From the IMG/VR virus record IMGVR_UViG_3300030524_000005: a stretch of DNA of 64,000 nucleotides; one strand, written 5' to 3'. The stretch is from an uncultured virus (IMG/VR IMGVR_UViG_3300030524_000005) (Duplodnaviria; Heunggongvirae; Uroviricota; Caudoviricetes). Position 1 is the first letter of the stretch. Every line of letters starts with the position of its first letter. Positions 9,442 through 17,034 of this stretch are shown one piece after another. The notes beneath the pieces are model-generated. The model had not been told where the DNA came from and ran no database searches. It saw nothing but the letters and a program-made list of their open reading frames with translations. The position numbers and the translations under genes are program-made.

Positions 9442-9971
9442 GCGCGCCGACGAAAATCCTCTTTCTTGACATTGACGGCGTATTGAACAGCCACCGCACC
9501 GTAACGGTTCACGGCGGCCCTGCTGAGTTTGGCGGAACGCCCAAGGGAAATGGGTTTCCGCATAGCTTCGATGCCGCCTGCATGGCTAAATTCGATCCGG
9601 TCGCAATACTCCTGATTCGGCAGGTATGCATAGAGACGGATTGCTCAATCGTCCTGTCATCAGCATGGCGGGTCTTGTTCACGCCGCACGAATGCGCTAA
9701 TGGCCTTGACCTGCCCATCATCGACAAGACGCCATCCATGCCGGACGTGCGCGGCGCAGAGATAAAGGCGTGGCTCGATGCACATCCCGGGGTCGAGCAT
9801 TACGCCATCGTGGACGACAACAGCGACATGCTCGAATCGCAGCGAAGCCACTTCGTGCAAACGGATGGTCTGGAGGGCCTGGGATATCGAGACTTCTGCG
9901 CGCTGCGCGACATTCTCCAGGGACGCGGCTCTGGCCACCAGCGAAAAGCCTTGGTGTGGGAAGACGCATGA
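9438..9971 (+). CDS. HAD-family phosphatase (RNA-repair-like HAD domain)
   Basis: FLDIDGVLN, IVLSSAWR, RGAEIKAWL, YAIVDD. Confidence 0.85.
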   Translation: MSAPTKILFLDIDGVLNSHRTVTVHGGPAEFGGTPKGNGFPHSFDAACMAKFDPVAILLIRQVCIETDCSIVLSSAWRVLFTPHECANGLDLPIIDKTPSMPDVRGAEIKAWLDAHPGVEHYAIVDDNSDMLESQRSHFVQTDGLEGLGYRDFCALRDILQGRGSGHQRKALVWEDA

Positions 9972-10213
9972 CCTTCAACCGCCGCGATGATTTCGGACAA
10001 AGGCAATGGGAGCGCTGCGCACCGGCAGAAGACGTCGCCAGCCGCCGGCAGATGGAGGAATTGAATGCGAGATTGCGGACGTGTGTTGGGTGCGTCAGTT
10101 ACGTGGAGCAACGGGTAGTGAATGTTTGCTTTATGACCTGTTTGTTGGACCGCAAGAAGGCTTGGATCGAGGATTACAAAAGCAGGCGATGTGAGAAGTA
10201 CGCAGAAAAGTGA
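9968..10213 (+). CDS. Cys-containing hypothetical protein
   Basis: CVGC..C..C; ATGA overlap. Confidence 0.5.
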   Translation: MTFNRRDDFGQRQWERCAPAEDVASRRQMEELNARLRTCVGCVSYVEQRVVNVCFMTCLLDRKKAWIEDYKSRRCEKYAEK

Positions 10214-10281
10214 AAAAAAGGCCGCACAAAGAGGCGGCCGAAAATTGATAAGCACCCCAATTTTAACATTTGGAGTGTGGA

Positions 10282-10701
10282 ATGGATAGCGCAGAAAAAA
10301 CGGTTGATGAGAACCAGATGCTTCATTTGTTTTGCATGGATTGGGCTGATTGGCATTATTCGCGCCGACTCTTTGCGCCGCCGGTCCCGCCAAACATCCT
10401 GGCGCGGCTGCAACCAAGCCCGGTGCGCGAGGTGCCGGATGCGATCCTGTCATCGGACAAGAGCTTTTTCAATCTGTCCGTGCTGATGCAGGAAGAGTCC
10501 CGCGCCAAGATGATTTTCTATCTCTATTACATCCATCGCGTGCGCAACATCAAAATCGTTGCCGAGCAGATGGGCGTTAGCACATCGTTCTGGTATCGGG
10601 AGATGCGCGAGTTCCGTGCGCTGGCATGGCGGGCATATCGAAAGGCAATCTACGCCGATGCAGACAATCCGTTCGAAGTGTGCGAGGTCGAGAAAATGTG
10701 A
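10282..10701 (+). CDS. Q-like late antiterminator/activator
   Basis: Last early gene, directly before the late promoter; WADW N-terminus and C-terminal HTH (KIVAEQMGVSTSFWY). Confidence 0.7.
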   Translation: MDSAEKTVDENQMLHLFCMDWADWHYSRRLFAPPVPPNILARLQPSPVREVPDAILSSDKSFFNLSVLMQEESRAKMIFYLYYIHRVRNIKIVAEQMGVSTSFWYREMREFRALAWRAYRKAIYADADNPFEVCEVEKM

Positions 10702-10726
10702 ACCTGTGGAGTTCACATTTTAGTTG

Positions 10727-10755
10727 TTCACACTTTGCCCTGTAAATCGTATGAT
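10727..10755 (+). promoter_or_regulatory. late promoter (pR'-like)
   Basis: TTCACA-17 bp-TATGAT; preceded by the 11-bp inverted repeat AAAATGTGAAC/GTTCACATTTT. Confidence 0.6.
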
Positions 10756-10860
10756 TTGGTATAGGCTGAATTGCTGTCTCTGGAGTCATCGCGAGACGCA
10801 CCTATACCAAATCGACCGCAAGATAGGGCGGATGCACGATCCCGTAACGTGAAGTAGATC

Positions 10861-10896
10861 AAGCCCCGCAGGTTCGCCTCGGGGCTTCGTTCGTTC
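10861..10896 (+). terminator. tR'-like intrinsic terminator
   Basis: AAGCCCCG..CGGGGCTT followed by a T-rich tail, ~100 nt after the promoter. Confidence 0.55.
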
Positions 10897-10908
10897 TGGA
10901 TACGCCAC

Positions 10909-11154
10909 ATGATGAGCACGCACCCGCTAGACCTGGCGCTCTCATTCTGGGGCATCCCATCGCGCCCCGCCTGTCTCGATCCGGTCAAGCTCAGCGTTTG
11001 GATGTATGCATGCCTCGCACTGGCCGCCGACGCTGGCCTGATCGAGATGCCGTTCGTGCCGAGCGACTGCCTTCGCGACGTGCTGCAGGCGTATTTCGAG
11101 GCGCAGATTGACCATTTCGATACCGTGGATTCGCTGTTTGGCGTGAGGCATTGA
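10909..11154 (+). CDS. hypothetical protein
   Basis: First ORF of the late transcript. Confidence 0.45.
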   Translation: MMSTHPLDLALSFWGIPSRPACLDPVKLSVWMYACLALAADAGLIEMPFVPSDCLRDVLQAYFEAQIDHFDTVDSLFGVRH

Positions 11155-11321
11155 TGCAGACCGCCAGCCAGGACGAGCCAGTCTACGGCTGGAGTCGGCT
11201 CCCGAGCGTGATCCCGTTTGAGTATGACGCGGATGGCGAGCGTGATTTCGTTGCAGAGATTGCCGTGCGCACACAGAACATACCGGAAGCAGATGCCGGA
11301 CAGCGATATAAGCCGAGTTGA
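11154..11321 (+). CDS. hypothetical protein (55 aa)
   Basis: Translated by hand; GAGG RBS; TGATG overlap. Confidence 0.4.
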   Translation: MQTASQDEPVYGWSRLPSVIPFEYDADGERDFVAEIAVRTQNIPEADAGQRYKPS

Positions 11322-11329
11322 TCGCCGGC

Positions 11330-11700
11330 AACGAACCTGGCATGCCCAGGTTAGGTAGATGGCAGCAGCCAGAGAGCAAAGGGGTGAAGCCGCCCCGCCC
11401 AAGAGGTTTCTGGCTAGGGTGTTGCGCCAACATATAAGCTCAAAGCGCAGCCGGTTCCTCACGAAACGAGGACTTTCAAGCAATCTGCACCGCGCGGGAT
11501 CGCCGCGTAGAGCACATCCAGGCGGCTTGCTTGAGAGTTGACAGCCGCAACCGAACCTTTGATGTCCCAAGCTGGCGCCAGTATGCAGGGTCGAGGACAT
11601 TGCCGCATGTGATGTGGCTCAATAGGTTGCGCCGCCACGGGAAAGCGACCGCGCAGATCAAGAGCGCGCGGAACCATTCGCTTGTGGATTCTCTCTTCAT
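11330..11700 (+). ncRNA. candidate structured RNA in the late leader
   Basis: ~370 nt with no convincing gene and at least seven back-to-back stems, two of them multibranch. Confidence 0.45.
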
Positions 11701-11716
11701 CAACCGGCAGACACGC

Positions 11717-11929
11717 ATGGCGACGACACGCAAGCAAAAGCCCGCGCAAGAGCGCACGGACACTTGCAAAAACTGCCGCCACATGCACCACGAGCGCGAG
11801 CTCACCGAATGTCGCCGTTACCCGCCAACGCCCGTCTACGATGGCGCAACCGGGTTTATCGAGCATCACTATCCAACCGTCGAGATGACGTTGTATTGCG
11901 GGGAATTTGCCGCGCACCTGAGCTCATAA
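11717..11929 (+). CDS. small CxxC/CRRYPP metal-binding protein
   Basis: CKNC..CRRYPP..YCGEF. Confidence 0.7.
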   Translation: MATTRKQKPAQERTDTCKNCRHMHHERELTECRRYPPTPVYDGATGFIEHHYPTVEMTLYCGEFAAHLSS

Positions 11930-13099
11930 ATGGTCGATCCGAATCTGCGACAGTGGGCGACCGAGCGCGAGATTTCGATAATCGATGCCATCGAGCAATA
12001 TGGCAGCGGGACGGCCGCAGCACCGCATCTCGGGTTGAATAAGAGCAACGTCAACCGGGCTATTCAAGGACTGGCGAGGCGTGCGGCGAAGATGGGATAT
12101 TCGCCGTCGCACGACATGACGCACATCGTGCCGGACGGGTTCCGCGTCAAGGGTGTCTCGACGTTCTACGATAAGGACGGCAAGCCGCGTAACCAGTGGG
12201 TGAAGAGTCAGGTCGACCACGATCGCGCCGAGGCCATCCTCAAGGAATTTGCGGAATCGCTGTCAGAAAGCATCAAAGGCCTGGCGCCGATCACTGCGCC
12301 GCCCGAGCATGTGCTGTCCGATCTGATGTGCGTGTACCCGCAAGGCGACCCACACGTCGGACTTCATGCGTGGTGGGCGGAAGCCGGCGAGGATTTTGAC
12401 CTCAAGATTGCCGAGCGCCTGATGTGCGCCGCAGTCGATCGCCTGGTAGCAACCGCGCCGGCGGCCGAAACTGCTCTGCTCCTGAACCTCGGCGACATGT
12501 TTCATGCCGACAATCAGAACAACGAAAGCCAGTCGGGCCACCGTCTCGATGTGGATGGAAGATGGGCGAAGGTTCAGCAAGTCGGGCTTCGGGCGATGCT
12601 TCATTGCATGCGCCGCTTGCTCGAGAAGCACAAGCGCGTGATTCTGCGCATCAACCGTGGCAATCACGACGGCCACTCCGCTTACGCGCTGGCCCTGATG
12701 GTTTCGTGCTACTTCCATGACGAACCGCGCATTGAAGTCGACCTGTCGCCCGCCGTCGCATGGTATTTCCAGTTCGACAAGAATCTGATCGGCTCCACGC
12801 ACGGCGACACGCTCAAAGGCCCTGACATGCCGGCCATTATGGCGGCCGATGTTCCTGAGCTTTGGGGCGCGACGAAACATCGCATGTGGTTTGTGGGGCA
12901 CGTCCACCACCAGGACATCAAAGAGTACCGGGGCTGCACAGTCGAATATTTCCGCACGCTTGCGGCTCGTGATGCATGGCACGCAGGCCAAGGCTATCGC
13001 GCCGGCCGGGATATGCGCCTGATTGTGCTGCACCGTGAATTCGGTGAAATCGAGCGCCACAGAGCTGACATCGGCATGTTGGAAGCCGCGCAAACGTAA
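11930..13099 (+). CDS. HTH plus calcineurin-like metallophosphoesterase
   Basis: N-terminal HTH (AAAPHLGLNKSNV); GDPHVG, LGDMFH, GNHD, HGD, GHVHH. Confidence 0.88.
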   Translation: MVDPNLRQWATEREISIIDAIEQYGSGTAAAPHLGLNKSNVNRAIQGLARRAAKMGYSPSHDMTHIVPDGFRVKGVSTFYDKDGKPRNQWVKSQVDHDRAEAILKEFAESLSESIKGLAPITAPPEHVLSDLMCVYPQGDPHVGLHAWWAEAGEDFDLKIAERLMCAAVDRLVATAPAAETALLLNLGDMFHADNQNNESQSGHRLDVDGRWAKVQQVGLRAMLHCMRRLLEKHKRVILRINRGNHDGHSAYALALMVSCYFHDEPRIEVDLSPAVAWYFQFDKNLIGSTHGDTLKGPDMPAIMAADVPELWGATKHRMWFVGHVHHQDIKEYRGCTVEYFRTLAARDAWHAGQGYRAGRDMRLIVLHREFGEIERHRADIGMLEAAQT

Positions 13100-13273
13100 T
13101 AACCAGCCCCTTCATGCCTGCCGCCGGATGCCTGTTACGCACGTCCACGAGACCGCGTGCAGCCGACGTCAGACCTGAAGGCGTTGCTGCATCGAAGAGT
13201 GCCCAACCGAGTTAAACGCGCCGTAATGGCGACAGCTTGTCGGTGTGGTGGCGTTTTCAACCTATATAAGACT

Positions 13274-13726
13274 ATGCCGACCATTCTTGAAACGCCTCAG
13301 TCGCTATGCCGGCGTGCGCGCCAAGCGACGGATGACAATAGAGACGTGTCGCTTGATCCGGGAGTGGTCCGACAGATCGCCGAGTCGTGGCACGCCGACC
13401 GCGAGAAGATCGAGTATCTCGAATCGCTGATCGTGCGCGTCGGCAAAGAGCCGGCGCACCGGAATGGCGACGTGCCGACCCCGGCGATTCCGTGGACTTC
13501 GCCCAACGTATGGCCATCTGGCCCGGTGATCCCAAATATCGGCGAGCAGCGTTGCGCTCAGTGCGGAATCGCGCTTTCGCCAGTTATGGGCTATGCCTGC
13601 GGCCGGCCGAACTGCCCGACCGGTCTCGGCGGATTTTCGTGCGGCGTCACCAGCGTTACCGTATCAAACCGACCGAATCCGGCGGACGGCGCACCGAAGC
13701 CCGCAGGCCATAACCCGGTCGCTTAA
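13274..13726 (+). CDS. hypothetical protein with C-terminal Cys cluster
   Basis: CAQC..YACGRPNCP. Confidence 0.55.
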   Translation: MPTILETPQSLCRRARQATDDNRDVSLDPGVVRQIAESWHADREKIEYLESLIVRVGKEPAHRNGDVPTPAIPWTSPNVWPSGPVIPNIGEQRCAQCGIALSPVMGYACGRPNCPTGLGGFSCGVTSVTVSNRPNPADGAPKPAGHNPVA

Positions 13727-13783
13727 CCGATCTCCTCCAGTTGACGAAAGTCGACGGTTGCCCTGTTGCCCCAGGGCTTTTTT
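13725..13783 (+). ncRNA. candidate anti-Shine-Dalgarno small RNA with terminator
   Basis: Unpaired TCTCCTCC, GAAA hairpin, then GCCCTG/CAGGGC-T6. Confidence 0.45.
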
Positions 13784-13908
13784 ATTCTTGTCCCCCAGCC
13801 GGCGGTGGGTAAAACACCGGCAGCCGTTGACGAAATGTAAGCCGCCATTACCCGGTTGCACGGGTTCAAACCGCGACGGGCGACGGCGACCCCTAATCAA
13901 GAGCAAAC

Positions 13909-14121
13909 ATGAATCAGCCTGTGGTCGAGGATCAAGACGGCGCTGCACTTATCCGCGAGGGGGAGGCGCTGGCCCATGCGTCCCTGGCACTCGCTCAGAA
14001 GGTCATAGCGCGATATCCCATCGAGACGCGGGAGCGCTTGGTGGCCAGCATCGGTGCTTCCCGTCTGATGGATGGGTTTAATCGCCTGACGCTGACTTTG
14101 GCCGGCGGCTGGCGCGATTAA
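13909..14121 (+). CDS. hypothetical protein
   Basis: 70-aa ORF in late orientation. Confidence 0.5.
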   Translation: MNQPVVEDQDGAALIREGEALAHASLALAQKVIARYPIETRERLVASIGASRLMDGFNRLTLTLAGGWRD

Positions 14122-14174
14122 CCGCTATTGGCGAGTGAAACCTTCTCACGGCTCGCGGGTCTGCGAGCAAGAAT

Positions 14175-14348
14175 TTACTTCCGAATGACCTGCCCGCAGC
14201 ACGGACATCGCTCAGAAGCGGTTTTCTTCTCGTTTTCCACGGCTCGCCATACGGTCGACTGGCTCAGGCCAAACTTGATCGCTGCCGCATAACGCGTCTC
14301 GGTGGGGTTTTCACGGAGCCACTGAAGGGCTTGCTGAGTCTTGCTCAT
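14175..14348 (-). CDS. small HTH plus Zn-ribbon protein (57 aa)
   Basis: Translated by hand: TRYAAAIKFGLSQSTVWRAV..CPCCG; ATGA overlap with upstream gene. Confidence 0.7.
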   Translation of the reverse strand: MSKTQQALQWLRENPTETRYAAAIKFGLSQSTVWRAVENEKKTASERCPCCGQVIRK

Positions 14349-14662
14349 GCCGAGATCGTCATCAGTTCAGCGCGGAAGGCGGCAGCGCGCGTGATGTCTT
14401 GAGCGGCCAGCATTGCGGCGGACTCGGCATTCATGCGTTGCCATGCAGCCTTGGCAACCAGATTGCGCGCTTCTTGATCCGTGATCTTGCTGATGCCATT
14501 GTGCGGCACAAACGAATACATCTGCGTGCCGCGCGCCAGAACGTACGAGTCAGGGGCTGAATCACCGGGCGTTGCGACCTTCGCAATGACGGTCAAGCCC
14601 TTGATGAAGCCGACATTAACGGATTGACCCACTTCCCATGCCTGCTTGCTGTTCTTGATCAT
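14345..14662 (-). CDS. moron hypothetical protein
   Basis: GGAG RBS; own promoter; antisense to the late operon. Confidence 0.7.
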   Translation of the reverse strand: MIKNSKQAWEVGQSVNVGFIKGLTVIAKVATPGDSAPDSYVLARGTQMYSFVPHNGISKITDQEARNLVAKAAWQRMNAESAAMLAAQDITRAAAFRAELMTISA

Positions 14663-14690
14663 TTTCGACTCCGGTTCGGTTCGCTGGTGG

Positions 14691-14727
14691 AATGACTTCA
14701 GTATATGTCATTGGTAGAAAATAGCAA
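14691..14727 (-). promoter_or_regulatory. moron promoter with operator palindrome
   Basis: Minus strand TTGCTA-16-TATACT; AATGAC-N10-GTCATT spans the -10. Confidence 0.55.
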
Positions 14728-14747
14728 CATTAATTTCAAAGAATTCT

Positions 14748-15287
14748 ATGGGGCGCCCCTCCAAGCTAACCGACACCCAGTGGGAAGAGATCCGCAAGCG
14801 GCTCTTGGCGGGCGAGAAAGCTGCCGATCTGAGTCGCGAATACGGCGTTTCGAAAACACGGATTAGCGAGCGAGTTTCGAAACGCATCGAAAACATAAAA
14901 ACCGTTGCGAATCAAATCGTTGCGACAGAAGTTTCGTTACGATCACTGCCAGTTTCGGAACAAAACGACGCCATATCGCTGGCTGATGATCTGAAGTCGA
15001 TAAGCAGGCACCTGGCTGGCGCCGGAAGGTTTGGCGCCGCCACCGCGCACCGGCTGTCTGGCATCGCCAACATGAAGGTGTCGGAGATAGACGACGCTGC
15101 GCCGCTCACACAGGGAAGCCTTGACGCACTTAAGGGAATCTCGGTGCTCACCAAACTGGCCAACGAATCTAGCGAAATCGGCATCAACCTATTGCGAGCG
15201 AACAAAGAGGCGGTCGATAAGCTCAACGAGCCCGACTCAGACCGAAGCGCATTGCTGAAGGAGATCGCCGCTCACCTCCCTGACTGA
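14748..15287 (+). CDS. terS: terminase small subunit
   Basis: MGRPSKLT HTH N-terminus; precedes terL. Confidence 0.8.
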   Translation: MGRPSKLTDTQWEEIRKRLLAGEKAADLSREYGVSKTRISERVSKRIENIKTVANQIVATEVSLRSLPVSEQNDAISLADDLKSISRHLAGAGRFGAATAHRLSGIANMKVSEIDDAAPLTQGSLDALKGISVLTKLANESSEIGINLLRANKEAVDKLNEPDSDRSALLKEIAAHLPD

Positions 15288-16618
15288 TGGCACTCAACCT
15301 GCAAACTCAGCGTGAACTAGCCCGCTGGTACAAGTTGATCGACCATCCGGTTCAGGCGGAATTGATTCGCGCCGTAGAGAATGGCGTGCGGTTCCCGGTG
15401 GTTCCTGCAGGCCGACGTTCAGGAAAGACCGAGCGAGCCAAGCGTTTCGTTGCCAAAATGGCGATGAAGAATCCGGGCGAGATGTACTTCATTGCGGCGC
15501 CGACGCGAGACCAAGTAAAGAAAATTTACTGGGCTGACATGAAGAAGCTCTGTTTGGTGAGCCTCTGTAGTAAGCCGCCATCAGAAACCGATCTGATTAT
15601 CTTCTTGGACAACGGCACTCAGGTTCAGTTGATCGGCCTGGATCGACCCGAGCGAATTGAAGGTGTCTTCTGGTCCGGTGGTGTGATTGACGAAATCGCC
15701 GACGTTAAAGCCGAAGCGTGGGAATCGAACATCCGTCCCGCGCTGGACACCTTCAACCCGACTCGCCCTGATTACAAGGCATGGTGTTGGCTGATCGGTG
15801 TGCCCGACGGCCTGAATCACTACTACGACATGGCGAAGTATGCCGAGTCGGGTAACGATCCAGACTGGAAGCTTTTCCACTGGAAGAGCGCGGAGATCTT
15901 GCCAGCCGACACGATCGCCGCAGCCAAGCGGCAAATGTCCGCGAAACAGTACAAGCAGGAATACGAGGCTAGCTTCGAGGGCGCAACGGGCCGCATCTAC
16001 GAGGATTACGACCGCACGAACCACACAGACGCGCGCATCGAGCCGCATGAACAGTTGCTATGGATGCACGACCAGAACTTTACGCCGCTGTCTTCTGCGG
16101 TCGGCGTTCGGCGTGACAACGGGCTGTACCTGCTCGATGAGATCGTTTTGACGAGCGCCATTTCCAAGCAGTCGGCGATGGAGTTCGTCGAGAAGTTCGT
16201 CAATCACCAGAATCGCGAAGTGCTGATCTATGGCGATCCTGCTGGGCGGGCTGGCGAGAAGCACGGTCACGCGTCCGATTACACCGATATCGAAGGTGTG
16301 CTGAAGGCGCATAACTGGCGGTTCGTGCGCAAGGTCAAGCCTGCGGCACCGGCCATTAAGGACCGACAAAACGCGGTGCGCACGAAGATTCGCACCGCAG
16401 ACGGCATGCGCAGTCTGTTCGTCAATCCAACGACTGCCAAATGGTGCGACAAAGGCCTGGCGACTGTCCAGTTACAGGAAGGATCGACGTTTCAGGAAGA
16501 CCAGAAGAACAAGTATCAGCACATTACGACGGCGATTGGGTACTGCGTCGATGTCGAATGGCCGAGCATTAAGGGAATCGCAACCCAGGCGGCCCACGTT
16601 CCCCACATGAACAGGTAG
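15287..16618 (+). CDS. terL: terminase large subunit
   Basis: AGRRSGKT, VIDE, GVPDG, QEYEASF, RNase H-like C-terminus with YGDPAG. Confidence 0.95.
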   Translation: MALNLQTQRELARWYKLIDHPVQAELIRAVENGVRFPVVPAGRRSGKTERAKRFVAKMAMKNPGEMYFIAAPTRDQVKKIYWADMKKLCLVSLCSKPPSETDLIIFLDNGTQVQLIGLDRPERIEGVFWSGGVIDEIADVKAEAWESNIRPALDTFNPTRPDYKAWCWLIGVPDGLNHYYDMAKYAESGNDPDWKLFHWKSAEILPADTIAAAKRQMSAKQYKQEYEASFEGATGRIYEDYDRTNHTDARIEPHEQLLWMHDQNFTPLSSAVGVRRDNGLYLLDEIVLTSAISKQSAMEFVEKFVNHQNREVLIYGDPAGRAGEKHGHASDYTDIEGVLKAHNWRFVRKVKPAAPAIKDRQNAVRTKIRTADGMRSLFVNPTTAKWCDKGLATVQLQEGSTFQEDQKNKYQHITTAIGYCVDVEWPSIKGIATQAAHVPHMNR

Positions 16619-16621
16619 CGC

Positions 16622-16996
16622 ATGAAATTCATCAAGAAGCCAATTTCCGTCGAGGCGTCGCAGTGGTTCAAGAATGGCGACCATCCTGCGGATTACAGCA
16701 GCTCCATGGTCGGTCACGAGCACATTGATGGCTTGCGCCGAGAGCGCATGTTTTCGCCGGAAGAGCGTAAGGCAAAGGGCTGGGAAGGTGAGGTAGTCCG
16801 TTATTTCCGCCGCCCGGATGTTGGTGGCGAGAAGTTGTGTCGCCATTGCGATAACGAAATGCATGTGCATGGCTGGATCGATGCCGGCGCAACTGGCGAA
16901 ACCGTCTGCCCTGGCGACTGGATCGTGACAGACGCGAGAGGCAATCATTCCGCCGTCAAACCCGACGTCTTCGCCGCCACCTACGACGCTGAATAA
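16622..16996 (+). CDS. PGDW/PGDYG-like phage protein
   Basis: KKPISVEASQW..CPGDWIV..KPDVFAATY. Confidence 0.75.
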   Translation: MKFIKKPISVEASQWFKNGDHPADYSSSMVGHEHIDGLRRERMFSPEERKAKGWEGEVVRYFRRPDVGGEKLCRHCDNEMHVHGWIDAGATGETVCPGDWIVTDARGNHSAVKPDVFAATYDAE

Positions 16997-17034
16997 GCGC
17001 GGGCAGTTCCAAGCACACCAAGCACAAGGCCGGC

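Noticed and set aside
10728..11600. 290-aa minus-strand ORF over the late leader
   Set aside because: No motifs, atypical composition, and it crosses the promoter and terminator; not formally excluded
11330..13890. tRNA, hammerhead, twister or HDV-like ribozyme in the structured spacers
   Set aside because: No cloverleaf or catalytic core consensus found by eye
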